In this document: positions 50,516 to 60,779 of the stretch, piece by piece | Layout: each line of letters begins with the position of its first letter | Position numbering within the stretch: position 1 is the stretch's first letter | Source of the DNA: Kudoa neothunni | Taxonomy: Eukaryota; Animalia; Cnidaria | Reading direction: 5' to 3' | NCBI GenBank assembly: GCA_964304625.1 | Contig: OZ199838.1 | Span: 10,717,637 to 10,781,636, forward strand | Length of the DNA: 64,000 nt | Notes under the pieces: generated by a model | Database searches by the model: none | What the model saw: the letters and a program-made list of their open reading frames with translations, nothing else | What the model was told of the DNA's origin: nothing | Position numbers and translations under genes: made by a program

Positions 50516-51765
50516 AGGATCAGATAATGGAAAAAGTACACGATGAAAGTGGTCATTCTGGTTATTTTAAAACGTTTGATTCAATCAGGCGTAGGTTTTA
50601 TTGGCCCGGATACCAAAATGATATTTGCGAATTTGTCAAACGATGTAAACTATGCGAGATGTTTCGCTCGACGTATCCCAAACCTTCACTTGTACATTTT
50701 GAATCGTCTAAACCGTTTGATACTCTCCAGTGGGACATGATTGGTCCATTAAAAGAAACTAGAAATGGAAATCGGTACATTCTTGTAGTATATGATGTCT
50801 TCACTAAATGGGCCGAAGCCTTCCCACTAAATTCAACCAGTAGTGCTACGATATCCAAAATCCTCGTGGATGGAATAATTTGCCGATATGGAATACCTAA
50901 CCGAATACATTTAGATAATGGGACAAACTTTGTTTCTGAGATAATAAAGAAAATATGCAAAACTTTTAAAATCTATCGAGCCAACACAACACCATATCAC
51001 CCTCAGGGGAACGGTGGAGTGGAGAGGTTGAATGGGACGTTAAAGAAAATGCTGATAAAAGCAAGCTGCGAAAATGATGACTGGGACATAATGTTGCCCA
51101 AGGTATTATTCTATTATAGGTGTGCAACGCACACATCCACTGGCTATTCACCCTACAAATTGATGACTGGGCGGTCTCCCAGAACCCATTTGGACACAAT
51201 TGTGGATAACTTAAGATCACAAAATGTCGAAACGTGCTCAAATTATGATGATTTTATTAGAACATTGAATAAACAGATTAAAAAATGTTTTGAAAACGCA
51301 AAGAAATACATTGATATATCAAACAAAAATCAAGATACATACACAAATACGACAAAAAGTTTTACATTTCAAAATGGTCAATTGATTTGGTTTAGAAAAT
51401 ACAATCATACTGATAAATTCGCTCCTTGTTGGGTGGGGTCATACAGAATTATAGACAGGACAAGTCCAGTGAATTATAAGGTGGAGGACTCGAATGGCAA
51501 CTCGCTAATAATTCATCACAATAGAATAAAACCATTTCAATCAGAGTTGAACAAATCCACGACAATTCCAAAGAAGGTAAATATTAAATGCGAACCAAAA
51601 ACATCAATTTCTACAAAACTTATGGACTACGAAAACGAAAAACATTTTACCGCTGCTAATGACAAATCAAATATCGGTCGACCAGCTAGGAATAGAAAAG
51701 CTCCTACGAAACTCAATGATTACGTTTTAAATTTAATTGGGAGGAATGTTATGGCTAATAGATAG
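50494..51765 (+). CDS. Gypsy integrase (frameshifted relative to RT-RNase H)
   Basis: HHCC motif HDESGHSG..CKLC, catalytic WD..G, LDNG and VER, and a GPY/F-like WVGSYRI. The ORF runs into the 3' LTR. Confidence 0.92.
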   Translation: MYVPTILKDQIMEKVHDESGHSGYFKTFDSIRRRFYWPGYQNDICEFVKRCKLCEMFRSTYPKPSLVHFESSKPFDTLQWDMIGPLKETRNGNRYILVVYDVFTKWAEAFPLNSTSSATISKILVDGIICRYGIPNRIHLDNGTNFVSEIIKKICKTFKIYRANTTPYHPQGNGGVERLNGTLKKMLIKASCENDDWDIMLPKVLFYYRCATHTSTGYSPYKLMTGRSPRTHLDTIVDNLRSQNVETCSNYDDFIRTLNKQIKKCFENAKKYIDISNKNQDTYTNTTKSFTFQNGQLIWFRKYNHTDKFAPCWVGSYRIIDRTSPVNYKVEDSNGNSLIIHHNRIKPFQSELNKSTTIPKKVNIKCEPKTSISTKLMDYENEKHFTAANDKSNIGRPARNRKAPTKLNDYVLNLIGRNVMANR

Positions 51766-52334
51766 CGCGGACAGGGATTAGGATAATTAGTACTGGTATC
51801 ACGTTGGAGTTTCAAATATTGTTTCTATTCGCGTTGCTCATACTCCACACTCGTTTAATTTAAATGAGAGAACTTTTCCTTATCGACGTCAGTTAGGAAC
51901 GACTAGTGAATGATGATAAGAGCAAAGCTAACTACAAAGAAAGGACCACGGGATTATTGGCTTCTGAAACATTACGATATGACGACGATAGAGAAAAAAA
52001 CAAGTTGTTCTATTCTTTCAAAGAAGGAATCCGTTCTATTCAGTTTTACGTCAGTGATTCTGAATTATTTGATGTTATTCATGACGCTCATGTAGTCATT
52101 GGACATGGAGGACGAGAGAGAATGTTAAAGAAGCTTCGACCAAAATTTAAAAATATTACCCGTCGTGATATTGAATTGTACATTCGACTTTGTCAGGCAT
52201 GCCAGAAGAAACGAAAAGGCATTGTATTGAAACCGATGGTATTTTCAGATTTCAATTCCCGCTGTCAGGTGGATCTAATTGATTTCCAATCCCATCCTGA
52301 TAAAGAATACAAATTTATAATGGTATATCAAGAT

Positions 52335-53984
52335 TGTTGGTGTAGAATTCATTTTGTTGCGCAAATAAAACAAAGTATGTAACGAACCAAATAAACACTA
52401 ATGTGATTATAAGCGCTCATTCTTATCGGACAACCTCGTAATTGTGTTTACACACTTAATACTCGAAGGGCGCGGGATTAACCCCCCTTCACCTCGATAC
52501 TTGGAATAACCATTTAATATTTTGGTATTGTCTTACTTTGTTCGGTGCTTCCGTGAATAAATCAGCATAATTTAGTTCAGTTGATACGTACTTTACATTA
52601 GTTTGATCATGTAGGTAATGAACCTTTAGATCTATATGCTTTAATTTGGAGGTAGTTTTACCATCAGACAATGATATCGCGGCAGTATTATCGCAGTTAA
52701 TAGTAGCAGGACAATCAGGTTTCACATTAAGGTCATGCAGGAGTAGAAGTAGATATTGAGCTTCCTTATTTGCTTCAGTCAGTGTCATGAATTCAGCCTC
52801 ACAGGTTGATAGTGCAATTGACTGTTGCTTTTTAGCTTTCCACGTAATCGGACTTGAATTTTCGCAAAGTTTGAAGACGTAGCCGCTAATTGATTTTCTG
52901 CTAAGTTTGTCATCGGCCGATCTGCATCAGAATATCCAAATAGGATAGCGTTATCGGATGGTTTATATATTAGCCTGTAATCACTCGTAAACTTGAGATA
53001 TTTGAGTATCCTTACATGTGTCTTTGTTGTCTTATTACAATATTGTGATAAATTATTTGTGATATAGCTAACATCTGAGTGAGTGTTTCCAGCTATGTAG
53101 ATCAAATGACCGATACACTCTCTATATGGGAAATCGGTAGGTTCTTTCAATACGTATGGATCATGCTCGTTGTAATAGAGTACTTCATTCGGAATATGGT
53201 CTAGTGCTTTTCCATCATCCATATTAAATCTTTTAATGGTTAGGTTGATAAAGCTAGATTGGTTCATTGTCCACGAACCATCAATTTTTCTTTCGAAATG
53301 TATTCCTAAAAAGTTACTTAACATACCTCTATCATCTATCTTGAAGGTGTTGCTTAGATATTCCTTAATGGTATCAATAGCTTCTATACTTATACTGGAT
53401 AGTAACATATCATCGATCCACATTACAATTATGACGTCGCATTTATATTCATCAGAGTTGTAAGTAAACAAACAGCTATCAGTTTTTGACTGTTTACATC
53501 CGAACGATACTAAGTGTTTTGTTATAGTCTCGTTCCATTTTATTTTCGGTCACTTTGTTTGAGGCCATACAATGATTTACTGAGTTTCCACGTTAAATAA
53601 TTTCTTTCTGAATCGGTCTTAGAATATCCCTGAGGTTGTTTGACAAATAATTCAGTATCTGTGTTAGCGTTGAGGTATGCGGTTTTGAAATCGATTTGAT
53701 GTATATGTCGATATTGGATGGCGGACAACTGGACTAATGTTTGAACTGTATTCATACTTGTCGTAGGGGAGTAGGTATTTGTGTAATCAATCCCGTATAT
53801 TTGTGTATAGCCACACGCTACATAACGGGCTTTATATTTCACTGTACCATCGTTGCCATGCTTTATGTTAAATATCCATTTTCCATTTATTTCCTTTGCT
53901 TTATCAGGTGGATGAGTTATGGAGAAAGTATTGTTTGCGACCAATGACTCTATCTCATCATCCATTGCTGACATCCATTTAGGA
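52335..53984 (-). mobile_element. Ty1/Copia 3' fragment (RT, RNase H, PPT, 3' LTR at about 52335-52454)
   Basis: KARYVACGYTQIYGIDY, QIDFKTAYLN, SLYGLKQS, WIDDMLL, GYSDAD, CDNTAA and KHID, with frameshifts. Inserted into the Ginger-like ORF and cut by the hAT. Confidence 0.92.
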
Positions 53985-56900
53985 CAGGGCTTCCCTATTC
54001 GTTTTGGGATTGACACCCCCTATTTTTAAGGTTAGTTGAAATTCGGATTATATAAGATTAACGCGCACATATTTCCTTTAGCCACGATAAATTTGTAGAC
54101 AATAGCACGAGTATACATTTTTTAACCATTAAACGCGAAAAAAATACAATTGTAAAATAAGGAATTAACAAATTTTAGTTACATTTTGGACTTTTTTTGT
54201 TTTTTATTGGCAATTAAAGCATTGAAACGAGGAATTTTGTTGGATAATGCTATTCGTAAGTCATTTTCTGGGTTTAACGTGCTTCGATACTTGTTTTTTG
54301 TGTATAAAAGGGAGAAAAACCCCGATTCATATAACCACGTAGTGGCAAATAGAATTAAAATCTTCAACGCTTTTTCCGCTAAACTGGGATAACTATTTAG
54401 TGCGTGACACCAGAAATGCTCAAGTAAACTTGACTCAAACAACAGTTTCATTGATTAGCACGATTTCAATTCGATCAAATTTTCTTTTTCGTCATCATCG
54501 TCCTCCATTTTTTCTATGTGGAAGGCGAATGGATTTACAATCCATCTATCAGATTCATTTAAGTTGCCAGTAGAAAAATAGCCATCAAAAGAATCTTTCA
54601 ATTTTTCCAAATGACCTTTTATTTCAATTTGCAACATTTCGGAATTCACATTTTTATTTTTAATATTTTCCTCCAATAATGGAAAATTACAAAATTTTTT
54701 ATTTTTTATTCTGACAATCCATAAAGTTAACTTACTGCGAAATGCTCGTAACTTGTCAGAAGCATTTATAATATTTATATCTTGTCCTTGAAGCGAATAA
54801 TTTAATTCGTTCAAGTGTTGAAAGATATCAGTGAGATATGCCAACATTATTGAGAAATTATGGAACTTGAAAACATTAGCAAGGTCCGATTTTTGATCCA
54901 ATAAAAATTTCTCGATTTCATATTTTAAGTCCAAAAACCGACTTAAAACACGTCCTCGTGACAACCATCTTACTTCTGTGCGGTAGATAAGAACAGAAGC
55001 TTCTTCGTTAATTTCATTGCAAAATGCTTTAAAAAGCCTGTGATTTAAAGCTCTTCCGCGCATGAAATTTATTATTTTTATACAATAATCCATTGCTGAT
55101 TTTAGACCAATCGGCAAACTTTTTGACATCAGATCTTGGCGATGCAAAATACAATAGGTGATTATCACGTCCGGAACATGACATTTTATATGAGTAACAA
55201 ACCCCGATTTATTTCCTAACATGACGGGTGCTCCATCGGTACAAATAGATCCAATGGTTGTGATTGGAATTCCGTTGGCGTCAAAAAAGTCTTTAACTAT
55301 TTCGAAAATATCCATTGTAATTGTTGTTGTATTCAACGCCTTGCAAAATAAAAAGTCTTCCTCAATAGAAGTCGATTTCATATATCTTACGAAAGCGATG
55401 AGCTGACTACAATTATCGACATCCGTTGACTCATTCGGCTAGAGTGGAATTTGCATTGGAGATGCTTTGATATCCGAAACTATTTGATCAGGAATATCAG
55501 CACTCATCTCATCAATTTTATTGTGGATAACGTTGTTGGATAGTGGTATTCCTTTGAGTTTTTGTGCTGCTTCTTCATCCAAAACAATCTTTGCTGCCTC
55601 CAAAATGCATGATTTTATCAACATCTCCGCAACATTGTGGGGTTTTTTTGTTTTGGCCACTTCATAAGCTGTTTTGAATGAAGCGAGAAGCAAGGATTTA
55701 TCTAGGGAAATGAACCCCAATTTAGGAAGTGTTCCCTTTAAGTCATAGCGCGCTCTTTTCATTTTTAATGACTGGATATCGTTTCCTATATGTTTTACCA
55801 CCATGTTTGCTCTCAAGATGTTGAAGCAACTTTGACGGCTTCAAGTTGGAATTTGAATAAACGACATTACAAAGAATGCATTGTGGTTTTTGAACACCAT
55901 CGACGAGTTTTTTGGTGGCTTGCCATATTGGAAAAAACTTTAGGATTAAAAATAGGAAGGGATAGAATTAGTATTTATCCTTCATTTGACAATATGTTTA
56001 CACTAAATATTTTATTCTTCTTGAATCAGTTACCTAACTTATGATTTAAGGAAATATACAAATTATCCTAAATTAATTCACAATCTATTACTATTTAATT
56101 AACATTGCTAACTTCATTAGTTATTTAGGGTTTTATTATGGGATTTGTTTATATGTGGATGACAATATTCAGTTAACGAGATTTAAGTAAAAAAATTTTC
56201 TTATAATTAAATTTTACACAAAAGCATGCAAATCTTGCAAGATTGGGGAATTTTATTCTCTAATTGGCGGTGTAATAATGAAGATTGTGGCATCTATATA
56301 ACATTTTCACTAATCAAATTTTTCTTTTCATATTTGTTTTTTAAAGCAAGAAATTATGGACTCTATAGTACCACAACAAAGGTCACTTCTAAATTTATAG
56401 ATTGTAACAAAAAGAGACTTGGAGCACGTGTTATCTCCATTATGTTCGTTCTTACTTCGAAATTTTGTTTATTTTTTTTACAATCCTATTTAATTATTTT
56501 GAATGTTTTAGTTTATTTTTTTGATTAGTTCAATGCTTAATGCACTCTCAGAACCCATATTTTGAAATTTTTGGAAATTATGAAAAAATGCCTTTTTTAG
56601 TAGTCATATTTAATTAAATAACGTGTATAAACTTTGTTTGTAAGTATAAACATTTTTTTTGGTTTATAAATATTTTGGGGGTGTTTTGTTCAAACAAAAA
56701 AATGATACGTATTTTTTCTAACAAATTTGTACAATTATTTTTTTAAAATTATATTATAAACTGTTTTTATGCAGATTAATTTTATGCTTTTTAGGAAAAA
56801 AATGAAACTACATTTTCCAACCTTTTCAGATTTGATTTTGTAGGTAACAATTCCAAAATAAAAAAAGCTAAATATTGTACTTATCAGAATAATGTATATG

Positions 56901-57686
56901 TAACACAAAATATTTTTAAATTGTTTGAATGCATAAGTTTATATCATGAATCGAATTTTTGTTAATTTCTGTATTCACCCGAATTTTCAAAAAAATTATT
57001 TCTTATTAAAATATACATTTGTACTCGATATGCCTCAATCACTCAAAGTTTTAAAACTTGTTAATTCTACCGCAGTATTCTTAATATTATTTGATAAGAT
57101 TTATTTTAAATCATGAAAATAAAAACCTTTGAAGATCACATTGAATAATTAATTTAAGAATGTATCAACGACCGAGTTGATGAATGATATTTGAATCCAA
57201 TATTAACTATTTCAAAATGTGGTATCTCAACATATACATAAAATAATTTAAACTGAATTTAATATTTTAGTAATACGATTTTTTATTTTACTAGTGAATA
57301 AAAATTCATCAAAAAATGAAAAAGTGGTTAACACAACGTGATTAAACGAGATGTGGTCGACTCATTTTGACTTTCATAATTAAGATAAGAGCCTAACCGA
57401 CTTATTTCAATCTGACATAATGTATATATCGAGACATTCTTTTTAATTTCTTAGTTTTAGATTTTATGAAGTTTCTATATTTATAAAATTATTAGCAAAA
57501 AATTTGGTGTTATGCTTCATTCACATAAAGATTTTTTAGGTGATATCTTCCTTACCATTTTTGATACCAAACATTCACTACTTTAATATTTTGTAATTAT
57601 AATAGCTTAAATGATCTAGATACACCGAAACTTGTTATTCGCACCCCCTAGAACAGTTTCTCGCACCCCCCAATAGGGAAGCTCTG
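53985..57686 (-). mobile_element. Buster/ZBED8-like hAT transposon with a disrupted transposase (54179 to about 55960)
   Basis: TIRs CAG(G/A)GCTTCCCTATT. Motifs KKPHNVAE.LI, PLSNN, ESTD, CTDGAP, CILHR, EVRWLSRG and FATTWLYESGF. The flanks ATTTAGGA and AGCTACAC do not match. Confidence 0.92.
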
Positions 57687-58876
57687 AGCTACACGAAGTA
57701 GTCAAGGATTTTTAAGGTGTATGTGTAAAACTAAGTGCCAAAATAACAAATGCCTTGCCTCAAGAATTTACAATGCAATTCAAAATGTCATTCTAGTCAT
57801 CCTTGTTGTAACAAATATAAGTTACTGTTGTGCTTCATTTATGGTTATTAACCATTTTTGTCGAATATCTTTTTAAATTCGCATATTTGCACATTGCCTG
57901 AATTTCATACATTGCCTGCAACATATATAGCAAATTCATAGGTGGCGTTGATTTGACAGATAATGCAGTTGCTTGCCATCGAATTAACCTTCGTGGTAAG
58001 AATTGGTATTGATCTCTTTTTTCCAACCTGATTTCTCTTGCTGTTTGTAATTCATGGAAACTGCTATATCTTGGAAAAGAAACAAAAATAACTCTTCTTA
58101 CTCACATTAGGAATCTAGTGGCGCATCTTATAACATCAAGTCATTCCAAAGAAAATTCCATAAGAAGGTCGTTATTAGATAAAACCCAACTGCGTAATCT
58201 CTGCGAATATTCTATACTCACATAAAACGCGGGAAAAAAGAGACGGATGTGTCGTTTGTGGAAAAACCACCATTAGATATTTTGGAAACTGTGATACGGC
58301 ATTGCACATCAAATGTTCACAAATTTTTCATAAAAAAAACAATTAAAATTATTAATTTTTGTTGTTGTTGTTGTTAGTGAAATTTGAAATTGAAAATTTT
58401 CATTGAGGAATTACACGAGGTCGGTTCTCTGTTCCCTTTGCGGCATTCTTTTAATTTTATGATATTTCCAATTTTCATGTTTTTAGCTAATAAGTATTAA
58501 ATATAAAAGTTTTGAAAAAAATACTAAGATATCGAACCGTAACGGGTTAATGTAAAAGTAACGCACATGCCTAATCGTGTTTTGATTTTAATGATCAGAA
58601 TGCACTGGATTGACACGGCTCCCAATGACGTTCCAGAGTTATGACTTTTCCGCTTAAATTAATCATGTTGCAACCTTTAGATATGTCTATAGAGTTAACC
58701 GCAAGTTCAAAATAGCTAATTCTTTCATACAATTGAAAAGGTGAGCTCAGAAAACACCAACAAATAACCGAACAAGGGGGAAAATTCACATAAAAGGCAA
58801 AAGCAGAAGGTCCAAGCCGAGACTCGAATTCGGATTGTTGAATTAGAGAACTAACGAATGCTATCGTGTTTATAAG

Positions 58877-60737
58877 TAGGGTTGGCAAGTTTCGATCAAA
58901 ATCGATTACCATTGATTAAAACTGTCGAATTTTAAAAAATCGTTCGACGTTTATTTTTGTTGAACGGAAAACATCGATTTTTGCACGTTAACATCGAATT
59001 AAGATGGGGAGGAAGCGACGTGATATTACTAATTATTTGATGGAGTGGACTGATTTAAAGGGTGTTGGCGATTCCATGCCATGTAAATATTGCAAAGGTC
59101 TGTTGCCACTTAAACAAAACAGAATTCAAGAAAATTTCAGTTCACAGAAACATTAAAAAATATTCTAAATCTCAACAGATCGAAATTAAGTGATATTGAA
59201 ATCGATTTGCTGAAGATTGTAATTTTTGACAGTCTTCCATTTGATGCATTTAGTAAAAAGAGTAACTTGAGGGGGTTTCTTCCTATGTATTGCCCAGCGT
59301 CGAGATCCTTGCCAGATGGGAAAACATTGATTGATAAACATCTTTCAGTTGTATTCCACGGTGTCGATAATATTATATTATGTCAGTGATGAGGGATGTA
59401 CGATTTAGTTTAATAATTGATGAGCCTCCTGATTCGAAAAATAGGCTAGTTTTCAATACATTGGCTTCTTTTCGTGATTGTGTTACTGGTGAACGGAGAA
59501 CTATAATGCTTAATTCTTTGAGGCTTGTTCAATGCAAATCCGTAATCATAACTGGTCACATATCCAGTGTTCTAAATCGGTACAACCTAAAATGAGACAA
59601 ATGCGTTGCGATTCTTTCTGACTCAGCACAGTACATGAAAAAGTATTTTAAGGATTTGAGAACCATGTATCTAGCTATCATCAGAATTACGTGTTTTTCA
59701 CACATTATTCATTTGGCGGTTTGAAGAGCTACAGATGAATACTTTTCGGATAAAAAGGTTTGCCATGAAGTTTTCCACCATTTTTATCAAAAAATAGGAA
59801 TTATAAAAGAAAGTTTTGGGTTCACCTTAAAAGTAACTTTAGAACAACGAGGGAAATTCCTCGTGTTTTGGACATACGATAATATAATTTCTTTTACTGT
59901 TTAAAACAGATAAAAGAATATTATCCTGCTGTCAATGACTTCTTAAAAGAAATTAAAAATGACGAAACAGGAAAAAAATTGAACTTAATAGTTGAAATTG
60001 ATTCAGATAATTACAACATATTTTATTGTCAATTAAATAGTTTAATAGATGAACTAACGCCGTTGTTTGAATTCTCTAGATTCATGGAAACTGAAGAAAA
60101 CTGCTCTATTTCAAGTATTGCTGATTGGATAAAAGACGACTTTGGAATTAAAACGAAGGATTTAATCACGGTTTACAAAGATATATTTGGACTTATTCCA
60201 TTTGAATCTAGAAGTCAATTAACGATTAAAGAAATTGATCCGGAAATTAAAATTACAATCGAGAATGTTGAAATTGTTGATCTTATTTAGTTTTTAGAGA
60301 TCAATGATAAGTTTGAAATTCAAAAAGAATATGATCCACTCTGCAAAATTTTGGAAAAATCAGACTCACCCATCGACAATGATTTTTGGAAGAATAAATC
60401 AAACATCTGCCCAATTCTATCGCAATTTTCTGAGGATTTTTTGGCTATCCCTGTATCATCCATCAACGTCGAAAGGGGCTTTTCAAAATTAAGATGTTTT
60501 TGGCAAAGAAAAGGTGAATCTTTCGGATGAACGTCTCACAATGTTATCAGCGTTAAATTTCAATGGCCCCTCACAATAAATCTCAACTATAATATTATTT
60601 ATTAGTCAGTATTTAAGCCGATTTTGAACGATTTTGCTTTTTGGCGAAAAAAAACATCGCTTTAAAATTTTTATTTATTTCGATCGATCAAAACCGTCGA
60701 TTTGTAAAAAAATACACGTCGAAAATCGCCAACCCTA
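58877..60737 (+). mobile_element. hAT transposon (CGGBP1/hAT19-like), decayed
   Basis: TIRs TAGGGTTGGC / GCCAACCCTA with a perfect 8-bp TSD TTTATAAG. Remnants SLIIDE, LSDSAQYMKK, TCFSHIIHL and IPVSSINVERGFS. Confidence 0.9.
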
Positions 60738-60779
60738 TTTATAAGTAAATAGCTAATATAGTTTGTAAGAGGGAGGGTG

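Larger units (their letters stand above)
48141..51849 (+). mobile_element. Complete compact Ty3/Gypsy LTR retrotransposon B (3709 bp)
   Basis: 103-bp LTRs at 48141-48243 and 51747-51849 (TGT..ACA, one mismatch seen), 5-bp TSD CTCGT, PBS TGGTGACAGGGG and PPT GGGAGGAA. Confidence 0.97.
48003..57923 (+). mobile_element. Ginger2/KRBA2-like integrase DNA transposon, interrupted
   Basis: TIRs TGTTACCGGCAATGTATAAAA / TTTCATACATTGCCTGCAACA with 4-bp TSD TATA. HHCC and first D at 51906-52334 (AHVVIGHGGRERM..CQAC..RCQVDLID..YKFIMVYQD). Cys-rich C-terminus QGFLRCMCKTKCQNNKC..CNSKCH..CCNK at 57700-57820. Confidence 0.85.
45114..58546 (+). mobile_element. piggyBac (PGBD2/3-like) element expanded to 13.4 kb by nested insertions
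   Basis: TTAA on both sides. TIRs CCCATTCCGGTTC / GAACCGTAACGGG and subterminal inverted repeats (AAAGGGAACAGA.AAC at about 45372 and 58420). Transposase pieces are colinear across the inserts: FIGILL|LSGY, SIDEQMIPY, QWNDTKPV, QPYACYV|YSKFIGGVD, C-terminal Cys domain. Confidence 0.9.
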
